A DNA stretch of 64,000 nucleotides from Candidatus Marinacidobacterales bacterium (GCA_965226495.1 OZ245365.1:4320001-4384000); one strand, 5' to 3'; numbered from the stretch's first letter, positions 47,196-57,556 are shown. The notes: generated by a model from the sequence alone, not told the origin. Numbers and translations: made by a program.

Positions 47196-48239
47196 ATGAT
47201 CGAACAAGTTAAGAAGTATTTCGGAACGCTTGAAGGTTTATCCACCGAAGAGCTCGACCGGTCCACCGAGAAGCTGGTCCGTGCGGAGAAAAGAAATGTC
47301 GCGCTCGTCATCGCTCACGTCACCGAGATGTCGAGGCGCAAGGGTTACCTGGACTGTGGGTACAAGAATTTGTTCGACTACTGCACGAGGCGGCTGATCC
47401 TAAGCGAGGGTTCGGTCGCCCGCCGGATTCAGGTAGCCAATGTAGCGCGACGTTTCCCTCAGATACTCGTGGCCCTAGCCGAGAACCGCATGAGCCTCAC
47501 GGTGGCGGGACTCCTCGCGCCCGTTCTCACTGAGAGCAACGTCGAGAAGCTTCTCGAGGATTGCGCTGGAATGACCAGGCGCGAGGTCGAGGAGTACCTG
47601 GTCGCGATCCGGCCAAAGCCCGTCTTCGCGCCCTTGATTCGAAAGATGCCAACCAGGGCGCCCGTCGAGCCGCCGCCAGTTCTGACGGCGCGCCCGACTT
47701 CCAGGGTGTCACCGACGATCCTCGAGCCAGCACGACCTGAGGTGTTCAATTTTCGCTTCTCCGCCGACCGGAAGTTCAGAGAGAAGTTCGAGCGCTTGGC
47801 TGAGGTTCTCGGAGTTCAAAACTCCCAGCAACAGATGGCCGAGATCATGGAGCAGGCCCTGGACATCGCTCTCGACAAGAAAGATTTGAAGAGAAAGCGT
47901 GCACGGCGCCTTCAGAAGGTGTCGAAAAGTAACAAAAAACCTTGCCCGGGCAAGATTTCTGGCAAGTCCCGCTACATTCCCTCAGAGGTCCGCGAGCGCA
48001 TCCAAGATCGCGCCGGCTACCAATGCGAATTCCGGGGTCGGGACGGGACTCGGTGTCGCCAACGAACAGGGCTCGAAATCGAGCACTTGCGAGCCTATGC
48101 CTTGGATGGCAGCCACAATGAGCGGAATCTACGCCTTCACTGTGGCCCCCACAATCGCCTGACGGCGGAGCGGACCTTCGGCGCCGGGTTCATCCAAGGA
48201 AAGATCGATGCTTCCCGGCGGAGAGGCGATCCCTCGTAG
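47196..48239 (+). CDS. HNH endonuclease with DUF222-like N-terminus
   Basis: GYKNLFDYCTRRLILSEGSVARRI; SRYIPSEVR...CEF...C...LEIEH...GSHNERNLRLHCGPHN; RBS GAGGGAG. Confidence 0.85.
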   Translation: MIEQVKKYFGTLEGLSTEELDRSTEKLVRAEKRNVALVIAHVTEMSRRKGYLDCGYKNLFDYCTRRLILSEGSVARRIQVANVARRFPQILVALAENRMSLTVAGLLAPVLTESNVEKLLEDCAGMTRREVEEYLVAIRPKPVFAPLIRKMPTRAPVEPPPVLTARPTSRVSPTILEPARPEVFNFRFSADRKFREKFERLAEVLGVQNSQQQMAEIMEQALDIALDKKDLKRKRARRLQKVSKSNKKPCPGKISGKSRYIPSEVRERIQDRAGYQCEFRGRDGTRCRQRTGLEIEHLRAYALDGSHNERNLRLHCGPHNRLTAERTFGAGFIQGKIDASRRRGDPS

Positions 48240-48244
48240 CCAGC

Positions 48245-49582
48245 CTAAGTCTCGATCCCGTACACCCTCTTTGCGTTGTCCGCGAATACGTTCCGCGCCA
48301 TTTTCTCGCAATCTCTCTCCGTCCAGCCGTAGTGGGAGCGATAGTCGTTTAGCACCTTGGCCATGACGCGGCGCATATTCTCGGCGCAGTAGCCCATGAT
48401 TTCCGGCACGGTGTCCGAGTCGCTTCCGTGCATCAGTTTCTCGGAGGGTGCCAAGCCGAGGAACGTACGGAGGAGCTCCTCGAGGACGCCCGGGAAATTG
48501 CAGTAGAAGGAGACATCGGTATACACGTTCGGGAATTCACTCAACAGTGCCGCGACGTGGTGATGGTAAGGGTAACCCGAGTGGATGATCACGAACCTCG
48601 TTTCCACTCGCTTGATGTCGTCGTCTTGGAACACGTGGTAAAGCCCCAGAGGACTGTTCCAGTCGAACCGCAGCGCTGGGTGGAGAGCCACCGCAGAGTG
48701 GATGATGATCACCAGACCCAGCTCCCCAGCCCTCACGTAGATGTGCTTGAGTAGAAAGTCCTGGTAGGACCGCAAGGCCCGGGCCAGCTCCGGATCCTTG
48801 TAGAGAGGGACGGTTCTTCCAGGCACGTAAGCCGTCGGTTCGTTCGTGAGGAGGGCCTTGAGATCCTGATCCGCCTGGGCCTTCTCCACTTTCTCGATAG
48901 AGAGAGGACGGAAGTAAGCGATGGGTATCTTGAGCCCGGCGCAACCGTTGGACTTACACGTTTCCAAAACACTATCGATCGCCTCGGTGACCTCTCCGAT
49001 CTGCTGGGCACCCTTCGCCTTCGCCCAGTCCGGCTGGATCAGATCGCCGATCGAGTAGCTCCACCGGAACCGGTCGTCGGGGACGAGAGCCTTGGGGCGC
49101 ACCGGTTCTTTTCCGCGACTCTGCAACAAAATCCCGGTGATCTTCTCTCGGTCCATGATGGCGCGGATGTAAGCGGTGTAGTCCCCTCCCTTGTGCCTCG
49201 TCTGAATCGAGTTCACGCCCTCGATCGAAGGCTCCACTCCGTAAACTCGGGAGACGTAGTTCTGAATCCCCGTCTGGCGCGGCATGAGCTCGATCTGCTT
49301 CTTGAACGTCACCGCCAACCTCGCCCGTAGAGCGTCTTTTCCCGGATAGTCGTACACCGGCGTCAGCGCATCGACGAAGGAGCCGTTCCAGCGGTCCTGG
49401 TACTCGGTGAGGGTCATACGATCGTGTTGGTGCACGTGGACGTCGATGATCTCCATGTCGGAGAGGTTGACGGAACCTACCTTGAAATTTCCGGAGCTTG
49501 ACTGTGCTTGGGCTTTGCTACCGGTTAGGAAACCCGCTATTCCGCCGAGGCTGAGTGTTTTCAGAAAATTACGTCGAAACAT
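48245..49582 (-). CDS. Tat-exported amidohydrolase_2 family protein
   Basis: FRRNFL; IIDVHVH; IIIHS; IIHSGYP; NVYTDVS; MHGSD. Confidence 0.88.
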   Translation of the reverse strand: MFRRNFLKTLSLGGIAGFLTGSKAQAQSSSGNFKVGSVNLSDMEIIDVHVHQHDRMTLTEYQDRWNGSFVDALTPVYDYPGKDALRARLAVTFKKQIELMPRQTGIQNYVSRVYGVEPSIEGVNSIQTRHKGGDYTAYIRAIMDREKITGILLQSRGKEPVRPKALVPDDRFRWSYSIGDLIQPDWAKAKGAQQIGEVTEAIDSVLETCKSNGCAGLKIPIAYFRPLSIEKVEKAQADQDLKALLTNEPTAYVPGRTVPLYKDPELARALRSYQDFLLKHIYVRAGELGLVIIIHSAVALHPALRFDWNSPLGLYHVFQDDDIKRVETRFVIIHSGYPYHHHVAALLSEFPNVYTDVSFYCNFPGVLEELLRTFLGLAPSEKLMHGSDSDTVPEIMGYCAENMRRVMAKVLNDYRSHYGWTERDCEKMARNVFADNAKRVYGIET

Positions 49583-49592
49583 GACCACTCTC

Positions 49593-50939
49593 CTATGTTT
49601 GGATCCCGTAAACTCGCTTTGCATTGTCACTGAGAACGTTCCGTGCCATTTTCTCGCAGTCCTTCTCCGACCACCCGTAGTGTGTGCGGTAGTCGTTGAG
49701 GACCTTCGCCAGCACGCGACGCATATTGTCTGCGCAGTACCCCATGGTCTCCGGAACAATCCCGGAGTCGGCTCCGTGCATGATCTTCTCCGAAGGTGCT
49801 AGTCCGAGGAACGCTCGGAGGATCTCCTCCAGTGTTCCCGGAAAGTTGGAATAAAAGGAGACGTCGGCGTAGACGTTCGGAAACTCGCTCAATAGTGAGG
49901 CGAGATGATGATGGTAGGGGTAGGCGGAATGAATGATGACGAATTGCGTCTCCACCCGCTTGATTTCGTCGTCCTGGAAAACGTGCCAAAGCCCCAGCGG
50001 GCTGTTGTTCTCGAACTGCAGAGCTGGATGTAAGGCGACGGCAGAATGGATGATGATCCGAAGTCCCAGCTCCCCCGCCTTCACATACATGTGCCTTAGC
50101 AGAAAATCCTGGTAGGAGCGCAGCGCCCTTTGGAGCGCGGGATCGTCGTATAGAGGGATACGGTGATGGCCGCCGTAAGGAGCGTCGCTGGCAAGCAGGG
50201 CTTTCAAGTCTCGATCCGCCTGCGCCTCGGTAACCTTTTCGATGCTTAGCGGGCGGTAGTAGGCGGCGGAGATCTTGAGCCCCGCACATCCGTTGGATTT
50301 AGCGGACTCCAAAACACGGTCGATCGCCTCGGTGACATCGCCAATTTGCTGCGCGCCTTTTTCTTCCGCCCAATCGGGCTGGATCATGTAATTGGTGTAG
50401 TAGCTCCAAGCGAACCGGTCGTCGGGGACGAGACTCTTGGGGCGTACCGGTTCCCGGTCTGCCGACTGCAAGAGAATCGCGGAGATCTTCTCCCGATCCA
50501 AGATCGACCGGATGTAGGCTGTGTAATCGCCGCCGATGTGCTTGGCCTGTATGGAATCGACGCCCTCTGGCGAAGCCTCGACACCGTAGGTTCTCGCCAT
50601 GTAGGCCTCCATGCCGACTTGGCGCGGAATCCGGTAGAGATGCTCCTTGAACGTGACCGACAGACGATCACGGAGCGCCTCCTTCCCGGGATAGTCGTAG
50701 GCCGGTGTCAGGGCATCGACGAAAGAACCGTTCCACTTTGCATGAGATTCCGAAAGAGTCATCTCCGCGGGTTGGTGGACGTGGACGTCGATGATCTCCA
50801 TTTCCGATAGATCGAGAGAACCCACCGAATAGTCCTGCTGGGTGGGTTCGACTCGTGCCTCCGCGCCGACCGTTCGTCCGGCGAGCAAGCCGAACGCTCC
50901 ACCGAGTCCAAAATGTTTGAGAAAATTACGTCGAAACAT
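49593..50939 (-). CDS. Tat-exported amidohydrolase_2 family protein; tandem paralog
   Basis: FRRNFL; IIDVHVH; NVYADVS; MHGAD. Confidence 0.88.
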   Translation of the reverse strand: MFRRNFLKHFGLGGAFGLLAGRTVGAEARVEPTQQDYSVGSLDLSEMEIIDVHVHQPAEMTLSESHAKWNGSFVDALTPAYDYPGKEALRDRLSVTFKEHLYRIPRQVGMEAYMARTYGVEASPEGVDSIQAKHIGGDYTAYIRSILDREKISAILLQSADREPVRPKSLVPDDRFAWSYYTNYMIQPDWAEEKGAQQIGDVTEAIDRVLESAKSNGCAGLKISAAYYRPLSIEKVTEAQADRDLKALLASDAPYGGHHRIPLYDDPALQRALRSYQDFLLRHMYVKAGELGLRIIIHSAVALHPALQFENNSPLGLWHVFQDDEIKRVETQFVIIHSAYPYHHHLASLLSEFPNVYADVSFYSNFPGTLEEILRAFLGLAPSEKIMHGADSGIVPETMGYCADNMRRVLAKVLNDYRTHYGWSEKDCEKMARNVLSDNAKRVYGIQT

Positions 50940-50960
50940 GAGTACCCTCCTGCAGAGCTC

Positions 50961-52127
50961 CTAGCTCCGCCAGATTTCTCCGAAAACCCGATGGAAATTT
51001 CCACCGATAACTCCTTCGATCGTCGACGCCGAGTGCCCACGTTTCGCCAAGGTCACCGCAATGCCCTCGAGTCTACGAGGATGGTTCAGCGTAGGGATGT
51101 AAACCGGGCGTTCCTCCCCCTGGGACGAGATGCCCAGGCCGCGGCGGCGCGCCAGAACGACCTCCCGCGCCTTCATGTACTCCGGCGTTTCTTCAACGGG
51201 CGTGATCCCCAAATCGCTCCCGATTCCAACGTGTTCGGCGCCGCACACGTTCAGTGCGTGCTCGATGTGTTGCATCATGATGTCTTCAGACGGCGCTCCG
51301 GGTCCGGCGTCCAGGAAGGGAACCATGTAGATTCCCACCACTCCACCCTTCTCCGCCATGGCCCGGAGCTCCCGATCTTCCTTGCTGCGCGGGTGCGGAG
51401 TCACCTCCCGGCAACCGCTATGGGTAATGAGGGGTGGCTTGGATGACGCCTCGATCCCGTCGGCCGTGGTGCGGGTCCCGCAATGGCTGAGGTCGACCGC
51501 GATTCCCATCTCGTTCATCATCGCGATCGCTTCCCGACCGAGGACGCTCAACCCGGCGTCGGCAGGTTCGAGACAACCGTTCCCCATCAGATTCCAACCG
51601 TTGTAGGTCACCTGCACGAGCCGCACTCCGAGTTGGTAAAAAACCTCGAGCTTAGTCAGGTCCTCGCCCAGCGAGGTGGTGTCTTGGAAACCGAAGATCA
51701 ACCCGAGACGGCCCTCCCGTTTCGCTCGATCGAAGTCTCTATGATGTCTGATAAGCGTCAGGTGCGATGCGTGCTCGTCCAGCTGGTCGGTCCAAAAAGC
51801 GACCTTGCGAACGGTTTCTTCGAAGGTTCGCTTGCTGCCGCCAACGGTCAAGTTAACCGCGGTGAGGCCGGACGCCTTCACGTTGTCGAGCTGGATCTGC
51901 GTCAGCGGCCCGGGTGGCGGCCAGAGAATGTTGACCGTGTTCGGGCTCGCCAGGCAGTCGATGGAAATGCCCTTCCGATAGATCTCTTTGGCCTGTTCCT
52001 CGGTTACGTGACCCTCCCGGGCCGCAGCCCAGCGTCGCGGCACCAAAGTGCCCGACACCGCAAGGAGACCGGAAAGACCCCCAAGAAACTGGCGGCGGCT
52101 CAGCGAAGACTGATCACTGCTCGTCAT
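50961..52127 (-). CDS. Membrane dipeptidase (peptidase M19), Tat-exported
   Basis: SRRQFL; VDLSHCG, ITHSG, HPRSK, HVGIGSD, GGNFHRV. Confidence 0.9.
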   Translation of the reverse strand: MTSSDQSSLSRRQFLGGLSGLLAVSGTLVPRRWAAAREGHVTEEQAKEIYRKGISIDCLASPNTVNILWPPPGPLTQIQLDNVKASGLTAVNLTVGGSKRTFEETVRKVAFWTDQLDEHASHLTLIRHHRDFDRAKREGRLGLIFGFQDTTSLGEDLTKLEVFYQLGVRLVQVTYNGWNLMGNGCLEPADAGLSVLGREAIAMMNEMGIAVDLSHCGTRTTADGIEASSKPPLITHSGCREVTPHPRSKEDRELRAMAEKGGVVGIYMVPFLDAGPGAPSEDIMMQHIEHALNVCGAEHVGIGSDLGITPVEETPEYMKAREVVLARRRGLGISSQGEERPVYIPTLNHPRRLEGIAVTLAKRGHSASTIEGVIGGNFHRVFGEIWRS

Positions 52128-52150
52128 TGCGAACCTCCCTAATCGTTAAC

Positions 52151-53179
52151 CTACCGCTTCAAGAGTGGCATCACCTCGTCGGCGAATCGTTTCATCTCGT
52201 CGACAGGATGGTGGAACTGCAACAAAAGCGTATCGAGCCCCGCATCTTCGAACGCCTGAATCCGCTCCGCAATGTGCTGGGGTGTGCCGGCTAGCCCACA
52301 AAGTGAACCGTTGTTCGAGCCCAGTCGACGGCCGAGCTCGGCCTTATCGAGGCGGTGTTCCTCCCATTTCATCGTCGAGTCCGCACCTTTGATAGCGCCG
52401 ATGGACCGCATCGCCGCCAACCGTTCGACTTCTCGTTCGACCTGCTCCTCCGTGTCGCGACACACCACGAAGGCGATGGTCCCGAACCGAGGAGGCTTCG
52501 GTCGACCGCTCTCTGCAGCGAAGGCCTTGACGGACTCGATGATCTCTCCCACTTGCTCGGCGGGACGACCGTTCATCAAGAAGATGTCCGCGAAACGCGC
52601 CCCTAAACGCTCCCCGGGCTCGGAGGTACCCCCTATGTACACCGGAGGGTGCGGTTTCTGGATCGGTTTCGGGGCGATGGTCGCTTCCTTCACCGAGTAG
52701 AATTTTCCTGAGAACGTGAAGTCGTCCTCGGTCCAGACTCCTTTGATGATTTGTATATAGTCTTCCGAGCGCGCATAGCGTTCATCGTGCCCGAGGATTT
52801 CCGCTCCCAATTTTTCGTATTCGGGGAGCCACCACGCCGAAACCAAGTTGATCGCGAAACGGCCGTTGCTGATGTGATCGATGTTGCTAGCCATCTTGGC
52901 GATCACGCCGGGCGCACGGAAACCCGCCTTCACCGCGGCGATGATCTCGATTTTTTCCGTGACCGCGGCAAGCGCGGCCGCGGTCGTCCAGCAGTCGACC
53001 TGATTCCAATCGGCACTTTGAGGATTGATGAAATGCTCCGCCAGGAGCAAGGTCTCGAACCCAATGCCCTCCGCCAGAAGCGTCTGCTCTTTCACGTGTT
53101 CGAAGCTCGCGTAGTTCTCTTGTGGGACCGAGGAGGCAATCCAATTCCCGTACACCGTGGGCCAGAATCCTAGTCTCAT
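52151..53179 (-). CDS. LLM-class flavin-dependent oxidoreductase (SsuD/SfnG-like)
   Basis: AKMASNIDHISNGRFAINLVSAW; PKPIQKPHPPVYIGG. Confidence 0.9.
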   Translation of the reverse strand: MRLGFWPTVYGNWIASSVPQENYASFEHVKEQTLLAEGIGFETLLLAEHFINPQSADWNQVDCWTTAAALAAVTEKIEIIAAVKAGFRAPGVIAKMASNIDHISNGRFAINLVSAWWLPEYEKLGAEILGHDERYARSEDYIQIIKGVWTEDDFTFSGKFYSVKEATIAPKPIQKPHPPVYIGGTSEPGERLGARFADIFLMNGRPAEQVGEIIESVKAFAAESGRPKPPRFGTIAFVVCRDTEEQVEREVERLAAMRSIGAIKGADSTMKWEEHRLDKAELGRRLGSNNGSLCGLAGTPQHIAERIQAFEDAGLDTLLLQFHHPVDEMKRFADEVMPLLKR

Positions 53180-53524
53180 GTTTGGGGCCCGTCCTCGTAA
53201 GGTCTAATCGGTTCGATGACGCCCATAATGTAATGCCAGAGGGCGAATCCCAGTAGCGGAATCGCTCCCGCCAGGTAGAACACGGGTGCGTAGGAGAAGT
53301 GATCGACGAGCCATCCGGTCAGCATCGTGAATAGGATCCCACCCAGCGCGGACCCCGTCCCGGAGAGGCCTATCATCCGTCCCACCGCACCGGGGGGCAA
53401 ATCGAGTGAGGTCCTCGCCAAGGGACGTGGTGTCCTGGAAACCGAAGATCAGCCCGAGACGCCCCTCGTGTTTCGCTCGAAGAAACTGGCGGCGACTCCA
53501 CGAAGACTGATCGCTGCTGGTCAT
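53176..53524 (-). pseudogene. Duplication scar: deleted dipeptidase 5' remnant fused to MFS 3' remnant
   Basis: 53481-53524 matches 52084-52127; 53405-53480 matches about 51654-51729; 53200-53402 matches the MFS 3' end. Confidence 0.85.
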
Positions 53525-53547
53525 TGCGAACCTCCCATTATCGTTAG

Positions 53548-54576
53548 TTACCGCTTCAAGAGTGGCATCACCTCTTCGGCGAACCGTTTCATTTCGTCGA
53601 CAGGATGGTGAAACTGGAGTAGAAGCGTGTCGAGCCCGGCTTCCTCGAACGCCTGAATCCGTTCCGCAATGTGTTGGGGTGTGCCCAGGAGCTCGGAAAA
53701 GACGCCGTTGTTGGTGCCCAATCGGCGTGCCAGCTCAGCCTTGTCGAGCGTCGCCGCTTCTCGCTGCATCTCGGAGTCCCCGCCTTTGATCACATCGATG
53801 GTCCGCATCGCCCCGAGCCGTTGGACTTCTCGCTCGACCTCTTCCTCGGTATCGCGACAAACCACGAATGCCATCGTCCCGAACCGAGGAGGTTTCGGTC
53901 GACCGCTCTCCGCGGCAAAGGCCTTCACTGGCTCGATCATCTCTCCCACTTCCTCGGCGCGACGTCCGTTCATCAAGAAGACGTCCGCGAAGCGAGCCCC
54001 CAAACGCTGCCCGGGCTCGGAACCTCCCCCGATGTACACCGGTGGATGCGGTTTCTGGACCGGCTTGGGGGAGATAGTGGCTTCCTTGACGGAGTAAAAC
54101 GGACCCGAGTACGTGAAGTCGTCTTCCGTCCAAACACCCTTGATGATTTGGATGTAGTCTTCCGAGCGTGCATAGCGTTCATCGTGCTCGAGGACTTCCG
54201 CGCCCAATTTTTCGTACTCGGGGAGGAACCAAGCCGAGACCAAATTGATTGCGAAACGGCCGTTGCTGATGTGGTCGATGTTGCTCGCCATCTTGGCGAT
54301 AACGCCGGGCGCACGGAATCCCGGCTTCACCGCGGCGATGATCTCGATCTTCTCCGTGACCGACGCGAGTCCGGCGGCCGTCGTCCAGCAGTCGACCTGA
54401 TCCCAATCGGCGCCGTACGGGTTGATGAAGTGTTCCGCCAAGAGCAAGGTCTCGAACCCAATGCTCTCTGCGAGAAGCGTCTGTTCTTTTACGGAATCGA
54501 AGTTGGCGAAGCTTTCCTTGGGGTGGGAAGAGGAAACCCAATTCCCGTATACGGTCGGCCAGAATCCTAGTCTCAT
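53548..54576 (-). CDS. LLM-class flavin-dependent oxidoreductase; paralog of 52151..53179
   Basis: Same length (342 aa) and motifs. Confidence 0.9.
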   Translation of the reverse strand: MRLGFWPTVYGNWVSSSHPKESFANFDSVKEQTLLAESIGFETLLLAEHFINPYGADWDQVDCWTTAAGLASVTEKIEIIAAVKPGFRAPGVIAKMASNIDHISNGRFAINLVSAWFLPEYEKLGAEVLEHDERYARSEDYIQIIKGVWTEDDFTYSGPFYSVKEATISPKPVQKPHPPVYIGGGSEPGQRLGARFADVFLMNGRRAEEVGEMIEPVKAFAAESGRPKPPRFGTMAFVVCRDTEEEVEREVQRLGAMRTIDVIKGGDSEMQREAATLDKAELARRLGTNNGVFSELLGTPQHIAERIQAFEEAGLDTLLLQFHHPVDEMKRFAEEVMPLLKR

Positions 54577-55853
54577 AGTTGGGCCTCCGCGTCACCAAGC
54601 TTCACAATCTTGATGGGCTCGATGACGCCCATAATGGTATGCAAGAGGGCGAATCCCAGGAGCGGGATCACCCCCGCCAAGTAGAACACGGGTGAGTAGG
54701 AGTAGTGATCCACCAGCCATCCCGTCAGCATCGTGAATAGGATCCCACCTAGGGCGGATCCTGTGCCGGAGAGTCCGGTCATGCGTCCCACCGCACCGGG
54801 GGGCAAAATATCCGCGCAAAGCGTGACTTCGGTGGTCGTCCACACCCCGAACGAAAACGTAACAACACTGATAAGGGCCATGCACACCCAGACCTCTTCC
54901 ACCGACGCCGCGGGCATGCCGAAGAGCATGCCGATCGCTGCAAAAAAGAGCACGATCTTGCGCGAGTAGGAGAGGTTTCCGGTCCGGCGCAACAGCCGAC
55001 TCGATAGCCAACCGCCGAGAAAGCAGCCGAAGTCCGCGGCCAGAAAAGGAATCCACGCAAACAACCCAATGGCTTTGAGACTGAATCCCCGCTCGTCGCT
55101 CAGATAGCTCGGGAGCCAAAAGAGGTAAAACCACCAGACCGGGTTGACGGTAAACCGAGCCACGATGATGCCCCAGGGCTTGCGGTGTTTCAGCAGATCG
55201 AAGATCGAAGTCTTCTCCTCGCCGGCCGTTTCCAACCGTCCGGCATAGATGAGCTCTCTTTCCTCGGTCTCGAGCCGAGGATGGTCTTCCGGACGGGCGT
55301 ACAGGAGCCGCCAAGCGATGAGCCAGACGAACCCAAGAGCACCGGTCACGAGGAAGCACACACGCCAACCGAAGCTGAGGGTGAGGAATGCCACGAGAGG
55401 CGGGGAGATTAGAGCGCCGATGGCCGTCCCGCCGGCGAATAGGCCAACCGCGAACGATCGCTCCTGGGCCGGAAACCATTCCGAAATCGAGCGCATCGCG
55501 GAGGGGACCGTCCCGGACTCGCCGAGCCCGAGGAGAAAGCGAAAGAGCGCGAGGCTACCGAGCCCCCGGGTTGCCGCGTGCATCATGCCGGCGATCGACC
55601 ACCACCCGATGAACAAGCTCAGCCCTAGCCTGGCCCCCATTCGGTCGACCAAGCGCCCCGTGAGAATCGGGCCAATTGTGTAGGCGACGAGAAAGGCGTT
55701 GACCAAATAGCCGTACTCGGTGTTGGAAAGCCCGAGATCCGCGCGAATATAGGGGGCATTCACGGAAAGCGTTTGCCGGTCCAGGTAGGAAATGACGCTG
55801 GCAAAGAAGAGGAGACCGACCATGTAATAGCGGAGATGCTTTGTTGGGGTCAT
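54573..55853 (-). CDS. MFS transporter (ExuT/ACS-like)
   Basis: SYLDRQTLS, GRLVDRMGAR, RFLLGLGES, EWFPAQER, FYLFWLPSYL. Confidence 0.92.
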   Translation of the reverse strand: MTPTKHLRYYMVGLLFFASVISYLDRQTLSVNAPYIRADLGLSNTEYGYLVNAFLVAYTIGPILTGRLVDRMGARLGLSLFIGWWSIAGMMHAATRGLGSLALFRFLLGLGESGTVPSAMRSISEWFPAQERSFAVGLFAGGTAIGALISPPLVAFLTLSFGWRVCFLVTGALGFVWLIAWRLLYARPEDHPRLETEERELIYAGRLETAGEEKTSIFDLLKHRKPWGIIVARFTVNPVWWFYLFWLPSYLSDERGFSLKAIGLFAWIPFLAADFGCFLGGWLSSRLLRRTGNLSYSRKIVLFFAAIGMLFGMPAASVEEVWVCMALISVVTFSFGVWTTTEVTLCADILPPGAVGRMTGLSGTGSALGGILFTMLTGWLVDHYSYSPVFYLAGVIPLLGFALLHTIMGVIEPIKIVKLGDAEAQL

Positions 55854-55952
55854 CGCAAGGCTCGCGTGCACGGTATACACCGTTCGGTGGCAGATTGCAT
55901 CTTTGGAAGGGCAATGCTATGTAGTCGGCGAACTCTCGATTGGAGGACGCCG

Positions 55953-57464
55953 ATGAGACTCTCGCTCTTCGCTTTACTTGTTCTATTGATTGCTGGGACG
56001 GGTGAGCCCCAGGACCCCGTTCAAGATCTGGGGCCGCAGGGCCCTCCGTACCGACCCGATCGACCCATTGCCATCGTCGGTGGGCTTCTCATCGATGCTA
56101 CCGGTGCACCACCTCGCCTCGACCACGCCGTCATCATCGAAGGCGAGAGGATTGCGCGGGTCGGGCCCATGGATGAAATTGCGATTCCAGAAGGAGCGCA
56201 GATCATCGACGCCGCAGGCATGACCATCATGCCCGGGCTCATCAACTCTAATCAGCACATTCAGCTCAACCCGATGTATCCGAACCACCGCTTCTTCGCC
56301 TACCCCGCGGAGACGGTGAGCTTGACGCTTGCGGCTCTCAAAGCACGTTGGGAACTGACCTTCGCGCGGATGCCCCAGCGATCCTTCGTCTACCTCATGC
56401 AGGGCGTGACGAGCCAAAGACACACCAGTGGACCGTTGGCGCGCCTACTACCTGTCAAAGAGGCCATCGACACGGGAGAAATCCCTGGACCTCGCTTATT
56501 CCTTGGTGGAGCGCTTTTCAGAAGTGAGGTCGGGTTCGACAAATTCATCGAGGAGGAAGCCATCCCCGAAGAGGCGGTCGACTGGATGCGAAACGACTTC
56601 GCCTTCAACGTCATTGCCGACGCGGATCGAGACACCGACGCGTTCGTGGGTCCGGATTTTCACTACTGGAAGTTAGTGATGGGTGACGAACGATTCGACG
56701 GGAAGAACGATTTCACCGATGAACAGATACGTTTCATCATCGATAAGGCGCACAAGCTCGGGAAGCGCGTGGACGTGCACACCGGCGGCCACAACGACGG
56801 CCTGAGGCGAATGCTCGCGTTCGACATCGACACCGTGCAGCATCCCTTTTACGGCAACGAGCTCATCGACTTGGACATCATCGAAAGTTTCAAGAAAAAG
56901 GGCGTCGTCGCAGCGACACTTCTGACGGTCATGGTCGCGCCAGGAGAAAGGGCGGCGGACCCTCATCGCTTCAGCGAAACCACCTACGCCATGTCGATGG
57001 AGCCCACGGAGTATCGACTCCTCATGGAGTACCGGGACAAGATGCTTGCCAACTTGCGGAAGCCCGACGAGCCGGGGCTCGCTATCTACGGCGGAGGCCG
57101 TGGCCAATCGTTCAATGAGATTCAAGAGGGGATGCGCATCTCTCGGGAGAACATGCGGCGCTTCATCAAAGGCGGCGTGAAATTTTGGATGGGCACGGAC
57201 ACTCCAACGTTCTTGAATTACCAGCAGGAAGATCCCAACGCCAACGAGATGAGATACATGGTGGAGATGGGCATGACCCCGATGCAAGCCATCGAAGCCT
57301 CGACACGGAACGGCGCCGAAGCGCTAGGAGTGCTCGATAGACTCGGAACGATCGAGGCGGGCAAACTCGCCGATGTCATCGTCGTGGCTGGAAACCCGCT
57401 CGACGACATGAGAGCGATGAAGCGCGTCTATGCGGTCATCAAGGGCGGTGTTCGCTATAAATAG
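55953..57464 (+). CDS. Secreted amidohydrolase family protein (paralog of 17900..19468)
   Basis: RBS GGAGG; signal peptide; PGLINSNQH; MGTD; GKLADVIVVAGNPL. Confidence 0.87.
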   Translation: MRLSLFALLVLLIAGTGEPQDPVQDLGPQGPPYRPDRPIAIVGGLLIDATGAPPRLDHAVIIEGERIARVGPMDEIAIPEGAQIIDAAGMTIMPGLINSNQHIQLNPMYPNHRFFAYPAETVSLTLAALKARWELTFARMPQRSFVYLMQGVTSQRHTSGPLARLLPVKEAIDTGEIPGPRLFLGGALFRSEVGFDKFIEEEAIPEEAVDWMRNDFAFNVIADADRDTDAFVGPDFHYWKLVMGDERFDGKNDFTDEQIRFIIDKAHKLGKRVDVHTGGHNDGLRRMLAFDIDTVQHPFYGNELIDLDIIESFKKKGVVAATLLTVMVAPGERAADPHRFSETTYAMSMEPTEYRLLMEYRDKMLANLRKPDEPGLAIYGGGRGQSFNEIQEGMRISRENMRRFIKGGVKFWMGTDTPTFLNYQQEDPNANEMRYMVEMGMTPMQAIEASTRNGAEALGVLDRLGTIEAGKLADVIVVAGNPLDDMRAMKRVYAVIKGGVRYK

Positions 57465-57556
57465 CTATGGACACCGCGTTGGAGCGGACGGTGCCTGCGA
57501 GGCAGATCTGAACGCCGCAGCTCTCCGACCTGAACCAAATCGTCAAGAATCCACCT

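Noticed and set aside
47196-48239. IscB/Cas9-like RNA-guided nuclease
   Set aside because: No PLMP or RuvC motifs visible, only a C-terminal HNH
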